From the NCBI GenBank assembly GCA_963830595.1, contig CAWHMQ010000002.1, positions 16,864 through 80,863 of the forward strand: 64,000 nt of DNA. Reading direction: 5' to 3'. The stretch is from an uncultured Solirubrobacteraceae bacterium (lineage in GTDB: Bacteria; Actinomycetota; Thermoleophilia; Solirubrobacterales; Solirubrobacteraceae). Below the pieces are notes generated by a model, which did no database searches, was not told where the DNA came from, and saw only the letters and a list, made by a program, of their open reading frames with translations. The translations under genes were made by a program, and so were the position numbers. Shown here one piece after another: positions 36,000-45,226 of this stretch (its first letter is position 1; each line of letters starts with the position of its first letter).

Positions 36000-37274
36000 G
36001 TGAGCGCCACACGGTCGACGCCGGCGCGAACCCATTCCCTGCTGCTCGCCGGCGGGGTGGTGCTGGTCGCCATCAACCTCCGTCCGGCGGCCGCCGCCAT
36101 CGGCCCGGTGCTGGGCCGCATCCAGTCCGACGTGGGCCTTTCCTCGGGATGGGCCGGGGCCCTGACCACGCTCCCGGTGCTCTGCTTCGGGTTGCTGGCC
36201 CCGCTGGCTCCGGTCCTGGCGCGCCGATGGGGCGTGCGGAGCTCGATCGCCGGCGCGATGGCGGTCCTGCTCGCCGGTCAGTTGCTCCGGCTGATTCCCG
36301 GCGCCGGCTTTCTGTTCCTCGGTACCGCGGTGGCGGGTGCGGCGATCGCCGTCGGCAACGTGCTGATTCCGGTACTGATCCGCCGGGACTTTCCCGGGCG
36401 CACGGGCACCGCGATGACCGTGTTCACGGTGTCGCTGATCGGATTCGCCGCGCTGTGCGCGGGCCTGACCGTGCCCCTGGCCAACGCCCTGGGAGGCGGC
36501 TGGCGACCCGGGTTGGCGGTGTGGGCGATCCCGAGCGCCGTGTGCGTGCTGGCCTGGCTGCCGGCCCTGCTGACACGGGACCGAGCGCCGGCGCCGGCGC
36601 CTGTCGCCGGCGAGAAGCCGAGCCCCGGGACAGCATCGGCCGGCATCCGGGGGCTGCTTCGCAGGCGGCTCGCCTGGGAGGTGACACTGTTCTTCGCTCT
36701 TCAGTCAGGGGGGTTCTACGCCATCCTGGCGTGGCTGCCGAGCATCTTCCGCAGCCACGGGGCCAGCGAGGCCCACGCCGGGCTGCTGCTCAGCCTGACC
36801 CTTGGGGCGGGCATGTTCACGGCCCTGGCGCTGCCCGGGCTGGCCACCCATGCTCGAGACCAACGTGGCCTGGTGGTCGGGTGCTGCGCGCTGATCGCAC
36901 TGGGTCTGGGCGGGATTCTGGTGGCTCCCATGTCGGCCCCGTACCTGTGGACGGTGCTGCTCGGCCTCGGGCAGAACGGCGCCTTCCCGCTGGCCTTGAT
37001 GCTGATCGTGCTGCGCGGTGGAGACGTCGCGACCACCGAAAGCCTGTCCACACTGGCCCAATCGGTTGGCTATGTCCTGGGTGCGGTGGCGCCGCTGGTG
37101 GTGGGGGCGCTGCACGGCCTGACGAGCTCCTGGACACCCGCTCTGATCCTGCTGCTGGCGCTGATCGTGCCCCAGGTGGCGATCGGGCTGGCGGCGGCGC
37201 GCGATCGTCAGCTGTCAGGGCCCGGCCGGGCCGAGCGGCCGCGGTCACCTGAGATGGCCGGCCGTCTGCGCTGA
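36000..37274 (+). CDS. MFS transporter (CynX/YeaN-like, 12 TM)
   Basis: 424 aa with 12 hydrophobic segments. LLLAGGVVLVAINLRPAAAAIGPVLGRIQSDVGLS resembles the cyanate-permease-type MFS N-terminus. Confidence 0.82.
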   Translation: MSATRSTPARTHSLLLAGGVVLVAINLRPAAAAIGPVLGRIQSDVGLSSGWAGALTTLPVLCFGLLAPLAPVLARRWGVRSSIAGAMAVLLAGQLLRLIPGAGFLFLGTAVAGAAIAVGNVLIPVLIRRDFPGRTGTAMTVFTVSLIGFAALCAGLTVPLANALGGGWRPGLAVWAIPSAVCVLAWLPALLTRDRAPAPAPVAGEKPSPGTASAGIRGLLRRRLAWEVTLFFALQSGGFYAILAWLPSIFRSHGASEAHAGLLLSLTLGAGMFTALALPGLATHARDQRGLVVGCCALIALGLGGILVAPMSAPYLWTVLLGLGQNGAFPLALMLIVLRGGDVATTESLSTLAQSVGYVLGAVAPLVVGALHGLTSSWTPALILLLALIVPQVAIGLAAARDRQLSGPGRAERPRSPEMAGRLR

Positions 37275-37736
37275 TCAGGCCCTCCAGCCGCCCAGCGCGG
37301 CCACCAGCTCGCTCAGGCTGGAGGCGAGCGTTCCGCCGCTGTCGATGATGAACGCCTGCACCTGGAGGTTGAGGTCAGCCCCGTGCTCGCCGTGGCGGCG
37401 AAGATCGGTGCGCAGACCGAAGCACGCCACGCCGACCCCGGCGGCGAAACCGAGCTCGGCGAGCGTCCCGGAGTCCGGCTCCTGTCCATCGAGGTAGGCG
37501 GCCAGCACCGGACACGAGCGGATCGCCTCGGCGTTGCGGCGCCCGATGGCGAGGATGATCTCCCGCTCGCGCTCACCGTCTGCCGCCGAGGCGGCGCTCA
37601 GCTCGGCCCCGCCGCCCGGCGCCCACGGGTCGACCGGCTCGACGACCGCCGCCAGCGCCGGCAGGTAGACCCGGCGGTAGTAGTCGCGGCCGGCCTCGGT
37701 GAAGCCGAACGGGCTCGCTACATAGCAGCGCGGCAA
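37275..37736 (-). CDS. Nucleoside 2-deoxyribosyltransferase family protein
   Basis: 153 aa. CYVASPFGFTEAGRDYY at the N-terminus and GQEPDSGTLAELGFAAG match the family. The start is TTG, 11 nt after the stop of the upstream surface-protein gene. Confidence 0.72.
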   Translation of the reverse strand: MPRCYVASPFGFTEAGRDYYRRVYLPALAAVVEPVDPWAPGGGAELSAASAADGEREREIILAIGRRNAEAIRSCPVLAAYLDGQEPDSGTLAELGFAAGVGVACFGLRTDLRRHGEHGADLNLQVQAFIIDSGGTLASSLSELVAALGGWRA

Positions 37737-37747
37737 CCCCGGCGATG

Positions 37748-40003
37748 CTAGCCCCGTCCCACGGGCGGCGGAGGCGCGGGCGCGATCACCCGGATCGTCG
37801 CCTGCGCCGTGTTGTTGGCCAGCGTCCGCTCGTTGGTCGCGGTTCCCACCACGGCCCGGTTGGTGAAATGCGACGCCGTTCCCGTCGGGATCAGGATCAC
37901 CGTCACCACTACCGACCGGCCGGCCTTCAGCGTCCCGAGCTGGCAGACCAGGTGGGGGGTTCGCCGGCAGCTCCCGACCGGCGTGTGCACGCTGACGATG
38001 TCCGCGCGCCCCAACGGCTGATCGGCGAGCGCCACTCGTTGTGCCGGATCCGGACCATGGTTCTTGATGGTGATCCGGTAGGCGACGGCGTGGCCTCGGA
38101 CCGCGACGGCCGATCTGGTCTGCTTGGAGACCGCCAGATCGCTGAGGGCGTAGGCCGGAAGCGCATCCGGGGGGACCACCACCGGCGGGGGCGAGGGCGG
38201 CGTCGGCGGGATGGGCGGCGGCGGGAGCGGCGGCGTGGGCGGCTCCGGCGGGGGCGGGGGCGGGTGCGGCGTGAACGTGTCGCTGAACACGCAGTGGACG
38301 CTCGGCTCATGAAGCGTCAGATGAACTTCGACGAACCCGGTGTCGAACGGTTGCAGCAAGCCGTTGCAGTCGACCGAAGTCAGCGCCCAGGCACCCGCAG
38401 GGTCGCTTGGGGGCGCCTGCTCGGCGATCAGGTAGTGACCGAGGTGCAGATGGTCGGTGGCGTCAGCCGGCGTGTTCGGCACCGCGGCGGCCGGAACGCC
38501 AACGGAGGTGGTCGTGGCGTGCTGAAGGAACTGGGCGGGCGGACCGCCGTGAGGGCCGATCAGGAAGGCGACCGTACCGGTCGCGCCGTAGGTGGTCTTG
38601 GCGAGCGAGATCGAGCCTCGGGGGATGAACTCGTTGACGAACGTGCAGGTGGTGTGCACGCCGCTTGCGATCTCGACGTGCACGGGCCGGGTCGCCGGCT
38701 CGTGCGTGCCGTCGCAGTCGACGCTCACCGAGCGCCAGTGACCATCCTCGGACACCGGCTCGTGCTCGTGGATCGTGTAGGCGCCGGGCTCCAGGTCCGG
38801 CAGCGCCGGCGCCGCGGTCGCGGGCACGTGCTCCTCGGTCGTGTGCGCGGTCAGATGGTGATCCGGACCGCCTGGGTGCGTCACCGTGTAGCCGAAGCTC
38901 CCGACGCCGTCCCGGGTGATCTTGTCGATCGTCAGGTTGCCCGTGGGGGGAACGTACGTGTTGTCGTACACGCAGGTGACATGCTCACCGGCGACCAGAT
39001 GGATCGCAGCGGTGCCCCCGCTGATCGTCGTCGTGCTCTGCCCCGGGCCGCCGTCAGACGCGACCGCGGTGCAGTCGAGCGAGGCCAGCCGGTAGCTCGG
39101 AACCGAGCCCTCGGTCACGTCCCAGGGGCTGCCCCCGGCGCGGTAGAAGTCCAGCGAGCCGCCGTCGGCGAGCTGGAATCCATTCGGGTCATAGGAGATC
39201 GTGCCGTTGAACGGGAACGACGGGTTCTCGCCCGCCGGAGCGCCCGTGACGTGCTTCTCGATCGTGATCAGCCCCGAGGTCGGCGCCGGCCTGACGTACA
39301 GGCCGTAGCAGAACACGTGCCTGACCCCCGTCGGGAAGTAGATGTACTCGACGTTGTCGCCGTTGAGGTCGTCAGTCGCGCAGCGCAGCGCGCCGAACGC
39401 GTACTCGCCCCCGAACTCGCTCGTCAGCACCGGGTCGTCCGGGACTCCTCCCTGGGCCCACAGCTCGTCGGGATTGCTGGCCTGCTCGCGCTCGGCCGCG
39501 GTGAGCTCGATCGTGGTGGCGCCCGCGATGTCCTGGTCGTCTACCTGGACGCCATCCTCGTCGAGCAGCGGCGTCTCGTCCTGGGTCTGGATGGAGGTGT
39601 CGAAGGGATCGGTGACCTTCGACAGCGAGCCCCAGGCCCCGGTGACGGCACGGCTCTCATAGCCGGTCCCGAGCGTGAACCTCCAGGCCGGAAGCGACGT
39701 GCACGCATCCTGCGGGGGCTCTTCCTCGTAGGCCGGGTTGATCAGAACCGAGGGATCGGAGAGGTACTGGCTGTTGGGGCCGAGATCCATGAGGCTCTCG
39801 AGGATGTCGTTGCGCTGCTTGTTGGCGAAGATGTCGGTGTACGCGGGGCACGAGCGCGCCACGAAGGTGACGTAGTAGCCCGAGCCCTGGGCCAGAGCTG
39901 GCGCCGACGCGGTCCCCAGCGCCGCCAGCGCCAGTGCGAGCGCCACCAGGAGCACTCCCCACCGACGCCAATGGCCGCCTACTGCGCGCTTCCCATCACC
40001 CAT
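37748..40003 (-). CDS. Secreted cell-surface protein: signal peptide, repeated Cys-pair prealbumin/SpaA-like modules, polyproline linker, C-terminal DUF11-like domain
   Basis: The signal is WGVLLVALALALAALGTASAPALAQG. At least three modules end in CVYDN / CTFVNEF / CVFSDTF, each with an upstream Cys. The linker is HPPPPPPEPPTPPLPPPPIPPTPPSPPP. The terminal domain (LAVSKQ...ITIKNHGPD...LGTLKAGRSVVVTV) is DUF11-like. There is no LPXTG motif or C-terminal TM. Confidence 0.8.
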   Translation of the reverse strand: MGDGKRAVGGHWRRWGVLLVALALALAALGTASAPALAQGSGYYVTFVARSCPAYTDIFANKQRNDILESLMDLGPNSQYLSDPSVLINPAYEEEPPQDACTSLPAWRFTLGTGYESRAVTGAWGSLSKVTDPFDTSIQTQDETPLLDEDGVQVDDQDIAGATTIELTAAEREQASNPDELWAQGGVPDDPVLTSEFGGEYAFGALRCATDDLNGDNVEYIYFPTGVRHVFCYGLYVRPAPTSGLITIEKHVTGAPAGENPSFPFNGTISYDPNGFQLADGGSLDFYRAGGSPWDVTEGSVPSYRLASLDCTAVASDGGPGQSTTTISGGTAAIHLVAGEHVTCVYDNTYVPPTGNLTIDKITRDGVGSFGYTVTHPGGPDHHLTAHTTEEHVPATAAPALPDLEPGAYTIHEHEPVSEDGHWRSVSVDCDGTHEPATRPVHVEIASGVHTTCTFVNEFIPRGSISLAKTTYGATGTVAFLIGPHGGPPAQFLQHATTTSVGVPAAAVPNTPADATDHLHLGHYLIAEQAPPSDPAGAWALTSVDCNGLLQPFDTGFVEVHLTLHEPSVHCVFSDTFTPHPPPPPPEPPTPPLPPPPIPPTPPSPPPVVVPPDALPAYALSDLAVSKQTRSAVAVRGHAVAYRITIKNHGPDPAQRVALADQPLGRADIVSVHTPVGSCRRTPHLVCQLGTLKAGRSVVVTVILIPTGTASHFTNRAVVGTATNERTLANNTAQATIRVIAPAPPPPVGRG

Positions 40004-40204
40004 CGCCGCCTACCTCCCGCAACACGCGATGACTGGCACCCCGTCCGCTGCCGTGAGCTCTCGTCATCGCTTCTGATCTTCCACGAGACAGTCTCCGGCC
40101 GAGAGGGTGAGCCTGCATCACCCCCATCGGGTGACTGAGAGCCCGGTCACCACCTCAGCCGCCCCGGTTACCGATCCGACGGCCGGTAGGCCAGACTAGA
40201 CGCC

Positions 40205-41563
40205 GTGAGCAGCTCGCCGTCAGTCGCCCGGCTCGGCCGTCTCGCCCGCCGGCGCCGCCGCAGTCGCCACCTGCGCGCCTGGATGCGCCGCAGCCTGATG
40301 CCGATCCCGTGCGCCTATCTGCTGGGGGGGATCGTGCTGGGCGTGCTGGCTCCGAAGGTCGACCACGATCTGAACTCGCATCTGGCCGCCGGACTGGGAG
40401 TGGCGGCCGCCCGCGACGTCCTGACCTCCACGGCCACCGGCATGATCGCCTTCACCGGCCTGGTGGTCTCAAGCGTGCTGGTCACCGTTCAGTTCGCGGC
40501 CAGTCAGTATTCGCCCCGTCTGGTGCTGTGGTTTCGGCGCGACCGCCTGGTCAAGAACGCGATCGGCTCCTTTCTGGCGGCCCCGCTGTTCGCGCTCGTG
40601 GCGCTGCGCCAGCTCGAGGTCGGGGCCACCTCCTACCGCCAGAACGTGACCGTGCTCGTCGCGCTCGTGCTGCTCGTCGGAGCGGGCGTCCTGTTTCTCG
40701 CGCTGCTGCAGCGGGTGATCGACGGGCTGCGGCCCCGGGCCCTCTACGCCGGGGTCACGAGGGAGGGCGTGCGCGCGATCCGAGCCGTGTATCCGGATCG
40801 GCTCGGCGAGCAGGGCGACGACCGGCCCGGTCCCCCGGGAGGCCCGGCGCCGAGCACGGAGCCGGTCGCCCTACGCGAGAACTCGGGTGTGATCAGCTCT
40901 CTGGACCTGGACCTGCTGCTCCGGTTCGCGGTCGAGGCCGACATCTCGATCGAGCTCGTGTGCGCGGTGGGAGAGTTCGTCGACCGAGGTCAGACGGTGC
41001 TCCGCCTCCACGGAGACCTGGGCGAGCCCGGAGACGAGTACGCTGCGGCGCTGCTGGCGGCGATCGACATCTCGGAGGAGCGGACGATCGACCAGGATCC
41101 CGAGTTCGCGATTCGGATCGTGGTCGACACCGCCAATCGTGCGCTGTCGGCGGCCATCAACGACCCGACGACCGCGGTTCAGGCCATCGACGCGCTCGAG
41201 GAGATGATCCGCGAGCTGGGCGGGCGCGACCTGGAGACGACGTTTCGCTCTGACCCCGGGGGCACGGTCCGCCTGTGGTGGCCGTCACCCGGCTGGAGCG
41301 ACCTGCTTGACCTGGCGTTCGACGAGATCCGGGCCTACGGCGCCGGCTCGGTCCAGATCTGCCGGCGCCTGCGCGCCGCCCTCGAGGACCTCCGGGCGAC
41401 CACGCCGGAGCTGCGCCACGCTCTGCTCGACGAGCATCTGCGGCGGCTTCAGTCCAGCATCCTGATCGCGTTTCCCGAAGGCTCGCCTGATCTGGAGCTG
41501 GCGCTGGGCACCGATCGCGTCGGGCTGGGCCACACCCGTCCGCCCATCCGGCCGCTGACTTAA
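40205..41563 (+). CDS. DUF2254 family membrane protein
   Basis: 452 aa with 4 N-terminal TM helices (SVLVTVQFAASQYSPRLV is the family motif) and a large cytoplasmic C-terminal domain. The start codon is GTG. Confidence 0.75.
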   Translation: MSSSPSVARLGRLARRRRRSRHLRAWMRRSLMPIPCAYLLGGIVLGVLAPKVDHDLNSHLAAGLGVAAARDVLTSTATGMIAFTGLVVSSVLVTVQFAASQYSPRLVLWFRRDRLVKNAIGSFLAAPLFALVALRQLEVGATSYRQNVTVLVALVLLVGAGVLFLALLQRVIDGLRPRALYAGVTREGVRAIRAVYPDRLGEQGDDRPGPPGGPAPSTEPVALRENSGVISSLDLDLLLRFAVEADISIELVCAVGEFVDRGQTVLRLHGDLGEPGDEYAAALLAAIDISEERTIDQDPEFAIRIVVDTANRALSAAINDPTTAVQAIDALEEMIRELGGRDLETTFRSDPGGTVRLWWPSPGWSDLLDLAFDEIRAYGAGSVQICRRLRAALEDLRATTPELRHALLDEHLRRLQSSILIAFPEGSPDLELALGTDRVGLGHTRPPIRPLT

Positions 41564-41587
41564 GCTTCCGAGCTGCGATCCCGAGGC

Positions 41588-43183
41588 TCAACGACCCGGC
41601 AGGTGATAGATGTCGATGACGCTCGTCGGCGAGCTGCCGTGATAGCTGCCGGTCGGCAGGATGATCCGGCCCCCGACCACGATCGGGCTGTTCCAATGAC
41701 CGGTGGCCACCGGGAGCGCCCGGAGCTCCACGCCGCTGACCGGATTGCGGACCTGGAGCTGGCCGTCGTTCTCGTCATAGACGTACAGCAGTCCGCCCGC
41801 GAGCACCGGACTGGTCCCGCCGCTGGCGTTCTGCCAGGCGACGCGCAGCCGCGGGTGGCCGGGATCGGCGAGCACGTAGGCGGCCGTGCCCGAATCGGTG
41901 GCCACGAACAGGTAGTCCCTTCCGCCGTGGCTCCACACGGCGGGGGCAGTGAGGACCTGGCCTCCCCCGGGCGACGAGGTCTCGTCGAGCTCCCCGCCCA
42001 GGCGGGGTCCCGCGCCCCGCGCGGTGCCATCGAGGCGCTGGAGATCGAGCAGGTGCAGCCTGCCGTCCTTGCCACCCTGAACAGCCAGGCGGTAGCCGTG
42101 GAAGGTGGGAAGGATCGCCGGCGAGGTGCTGCCCAGGTCGGTGTCGCTGCTCGAGAGCTGGGCTTGATTGGGTGGAGTCCAGTTGTGCAGCAGCCGGCTC
42201 GCACCGGGCGTCAGCTCGAGCACGCTGTCTCCCCAGCTCGAGGATCCGTCGAACGGCCCGTTGCCGGTGGCGGTGAGGATCCGGCGGCTGCCAGGCTCGA
42301 TCACGGCCCCGGCCCGGCCCCACATGGCGTTGTCGCCGCGGGTGTTGGTGACCGAGCACGAGCTGGCCCGGATCAGCCGGTGACGGCCCGAGCACTCGCT
42401 GTTCCAAACCCCCACGATGCGCCCGGTGGCGCGATCGATCGTGACCACGTGGCCGTCGTAGGGCGGGATGTCGCCGATGTAGCCGCCGGTCACGGCGACG
42501 ACCCAGGGGCCGCTGAGGTTGAGCGCCGAGGCGATCTTCTCGTGCCCGGGATCGAAGGTGATACGCGTGGCCCACCGCTGGCGTCCGGTGGCGATCGACA
42601 GCTTGCGGATGTAGCCGTTGGGGCTTGCCGCGTACAGGTAGCGCCGGTTCGGGTCGACCACCGGGCTGGCGTTGGTGACCTGCGGGTTGCCGGGGGTGCT
42701 GTTGACCCCGGCCGGGCGAAACTCCCACAGCGTGCGTCCGGTGCGGGCATCGATCGCAATCGTCCTGCCGTAGGTCGTGGTCACGGCCACGAGGTCGTGC
42801 CGGGCGCCGTGCACGAGGACGCCGTGAAGCTCGATCGGCGACGAGTCCGCGACCCCGTCGATGGTTACCGTGCGCAGCCTCAGCCTGGCCAGATTTGCGG
42901 CCGTGATGCCGGTACGCGCCGGACCCACGCCCGAGCGCGCCGCGTCATAGCCGAAATTGGGCCAGTCCCCCGAAGGGATCGCCTGGCGGGCCGCGGCCCC
43001 GGCTGAGCCGGCGGTGGTCGGCGAGGCTGAGCCGGCGGTGCTCGGCGAGGCTGAGCCGGCGGTGCGCGGCGAGATTGCAGTACCCGACGCACCGGCATGA
43101 CCGCCGCACGCCACGATCGCCAGGCCGCAGGCCAGTGACAGCCCCGACCGGAGCGCCAGCCGTCGCTTGGAGAACGGGGCCAT
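41588..43183 (-). CDS. PQQ-like/BamB-like beta-propeller repeat lipoprotein
   Basis: The lipobox is LACGLAIVACGG. A Ser/Pro/Thr/Ala/Gly linker carries a 3x octapeptide repeat. Repeated W/Y-containing blades follow (TGRTLWEF, TGRQRWAT, TGRIVGVWN). Confidence 0.78.
   Translation of the reverse strand: MAPFSKRRLALRSGLSLACGLAIVACGGHAGASGTAISPRTAGSASPSTAGSASPTTAGSAGAAARQAIPSGDWPNFGYDAARSGVGPARTGITAANLARLRLRTVTIDGVADSSPIELHGVLVHGARHDLVAVTTTYGRTIAIDARTGRTLWEFRPAGVNSTPGNPQVTNASPVVDPNRRYLYAASPNGYIRKLSIATGRQRWATRITFDPGHEKIASALNLSGPWVVAVTGGYIGDIPPYDGHVVTIDRATGRIVGVWNSECSGRHRLIRASSCSVTNTRGDNAMWGRAGAVIEPGSRRILTATGNGPFDGSSSWGDSVLELTPGASRLLHNWTPPNQAQLSSSDTDLGSTSPAILPTFHGYRLAVQGGKDGRLHLLDLQRLDGTARGAGPRLGGELDETSSPGGGQVLTAPAVWSHGGRDYLFVATDSGTAAYVLADPGHPRLRVAWQNASGGTSPVLAGGLLYVYDENDGQLQVRNPVSGVELRALPVATGHWNSPIVVGGRIILPTGSYHGSSPTSVIDIYHLPGR
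43001..43072. repeat. 3 x 24-bp tandem repeat encoding SP(R/S/T)TAGSA x3
   Basis: GGCTGAGCCGGCGGTG(GT/CT/CG)CGGCGA occurs three times, in the post-lipobox linker of the beta-propeller lipoprotein. Confidence 0.85.
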
Positions 43184-43195
43184 CGCCAGAAGATG

Positions 43196-44983
43196 CTAGA
43201 GGGGCGCCGTGTCTCCGGTCGCGGCCAGCAGACGGCTGTCGATGGCTTCGAGGCTGGCGGGGATCCGGAGGCGTTTCGCCTCTTCGGGATACAGGCGCGA
43301 CAGCTTTCCGAGCTCGGAGCGCAGAAAGCCCAGGCCGTCGTCGAGTTGCGCCTCGCCCGCCTCAGACCGGCGGGCCACGCCCATCGCACGGTTGACGCGT
43401 GACTGCGCCATCGGCCAGGTATAGACGGGGTCGATCGCTCGGCGCAGCTCGGCCCAGCGACGGGCGAGCCGGTCAAGCGCCTGACGCTTGGCTTCGATCC
43501 GGCGGTGCGTCGGTGCTCGAACAGCCGCGGGCGAGGCGGGTGCTCCGAACGGCGACCGGCTACCGGGGCGGGCTCCGAAGCGCTCCCTTCTGACGAACTC
43601 GAGCACCGAGCGCAGCGCCCGCTCCGGTTGTCCGAGCTCGCCAAGCAGGCGCCGTCCTGCGTCGACCTCCTCACGCGAATAATGGACACCCGCGATGATG
43701 ATCCCGCCGGCTTGGACATCTGCATCCAGCGCCTCGAAGTCGGCGCGGCGACCAAACCCCGGGGGCGGATCGACGTCGAACATGGCGCCGACCTCCTCGC
43801 TGACCTGCTGGCGAAGCTCGACCTCGACGCGCTCGGCCAGCTGCTTGAGCGTCGGATCGGCGGGCATGAACACGGTCGCGAGCGTGTCCTGCGGATCGTC
43901 CGGGCGGCGCCGGACGATCCGGCCCACCGCTTGGCGGAAGAACAGGTCGGTGCGCTTGACGGTGGCGTAGGCGGCGATCAGCAGACGCGGCACATCGACG
44001 CCCTCGCTGACCATGTTGACGGCCACCAGCCAGCGTGGCGCCTTCGCGTCTCCGCGAGCGAACCGCTCGATCCGGGCGTGCGCGCCTGCCTCGTCGCTCA
44101 CCACTACGACCGGCTTCTCGCCGGTGATCGTTCGCAGCAGCGCAGCGACTGCGCGAGCGTGCGCTCGGTCGTCGCACAGCACGAGTCCGGCCGCATCGGC
44201 AACGACGGCCCGGGCCTTGCCGAGCAGCGCGTCGGCGTCACGAAGGATCCGTGGCAGCAACGGGGTAGCCGGGTCGATCGCGGTCCGCAGCCGCCGGGCG
44301 TCGTCCTGCGGCTCCAGCTCGTCGGCGAACGCCGCGATTGTCTGCTGCTCATCGACCCGCCAGCGCAGCGTGGCGTCGAGCAGCCGGAACGCGAGGGGGC
44401 GGCACACCCGGTCGGCCACGGCATCGCCGTAGCCGTACACGTAATCCGGGGCACAGCGGCGATCCTCGTCGTAGCGGACGAACGGAATCGCTCGCGCGTC
44501 GGAGCGAAACGGGGTTCCCGACAGGGCCAGACGTCGGTGCGCGCCGTCGAAGGCTGCCCGCAAAGCGGTTCCCCAGGTGGCCTGGTCGCCGGCGTGATGG
44601 ATCTCGTCGAGGACCACGAACGTCGAGCGCCGCAGGTGGTGAGCGAACAGATCCGGCGCTGAGGCGACCTGCTGATAGGTGACGACGATGCCGTCGACGT
44701 CGGCGCGCCAGGCGCCGTCGGCGTTGCGCCAGCGTGGATCGAGGTGCAGGCCGACCAGGTCGGCGGAGTCGGCCCATTGAGGCCGGAGCGCCACCGTTGG
44801 GCAGACGACGATCAGCTGCTCCGCGCCGGCCCCACGAGCGGCATGGCAGGCGGCAAGCGTCTTGCCGGCGCCGGGTGTTGCCACGAGCAGAAAGTCCCGG
44901 CCCGGCCCGGCGGTGTACTTGGAGAGAAATGCCTCCTGCCAGGGGCGCAGCTGAGCCAACGGCGAGCTGGCCGCGCCACTCAC
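43196..44983 (-). CDS. Superfamily 2 DEAD/DEAH-box (ResIII-like) helicase with uncharacterised ~200-aa C-terminal domain
   Basis: Raw ORF trimmed to an in-frame GTG overlapping the HNH stop (GTGA). Motifs: Q-like LRPWQ, Walker A ATPGAGKT, Walker B VLDEIHH, motif III LSGTPFR, motif V VNMVSEGVDVP, motif VI FRQAVGRIVRR. Confidence 0.85.
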   Translation of the reverse strand: MSGAASSPLAQLRPWQEAFLSKYTAGPGRDFLLVATPGAGKTLAACHAARGAGAEQLIVVCPTVALRPQWADSADLVGLHLDPRWRNADGAWRADVDGIVVTYQQVASAPDLFAHHLRRSTFVVLDEIHHAGDQATWGTALRAAFDGAHRRLALSGTPFRSDARAIPFVRYDEDRRCAPDYVYGYGDAVADRVCRPLAFRLLDATLRWRVDEQQTIAAFADELEPQDDARRLRTAIDPATPLLPRILRDADALLGKARAVVADAAGLVLCDDRAHARAVAALLRTITGEKPVVVVSDEAGAHARIERFARGDAKAPRWLVAVNMVSEGVDVPRLLIAAYATVKRTDLFFRQAVGRIVRRRPDDPQDTLATVFMPADPTLKQLAERVEVELRQQVSEEVGAMFDVDPPPGFGRRADFEALDADVQAGGIIIAGVHYSREEVDAGRRLLGELGQPERALRSVLEFVRRERFGARPGSRSPFGAPASPAAVRAPTHRRIEAKRQALDRLARRWAELRRAIDPVYTWPMAQSRVNRAMGVARRSEAGEAQLDDGLGFLRSELGKLSRLYPEEAKRLRIPASLEAIDSRLLAATGDTAPL

Positions 44984-45186
44984 GACGGGCGTCCCCCCTT
45001 GCTCAGGTTGCACCGCGGGCACAGAGCTCGGCCGTTCGCCGGCTCTGTCGCGCCGCCGGCGCGCACCGGCGTGACGTGATCCGCATGCCACCCCGGCGCC
45101 AACGCCGCGCCGCACGCCGCGCATCGACCGCGGGTGGCGAGGAACAGCGCCACCCGGGCCGCGGGTCCGAACCGCCGAGGAGCCAT
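44980..45186 (-). CDS. Small stand-alone HNH endonuclease
   Basis: 68 aa. CAACGAALAPGWHADHVTPVRAGGATEPANGRALCPRCNLSKGG is a full HNH motif (CxxC...H-x-DH...N...CxxCN). It overlaps the helicase start by 4 nt. Confidence 0.8.
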   Translation of the reverse strand: MAPRRFGPAARVALFLATRGRCAACGAALAPGWHADHVTPVRAGGATEPANGRALCPRCNLSKGGRPS

Positions 45187-45226
45187 ACCCCGAAGTGTCG
45201 CAAGCCTTCACGACCGCCGACGCTCG

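Noticed and set aside
37745-40138. 797-aa plus-strand ORF antisense to the surface-protein gene. Similar giant antisense ORFs occur at 52200..54362, 10676..12268, 41603..43006, 14611..15825, 17380..18402 and 50336..52138.
   Set aside because: These are typical high-GC artefacts. Their Arg/Gly/Asp/His-rich low-complexity translations have no recognisable motifs, and each overlaps a motif-rich gene on the other strand.
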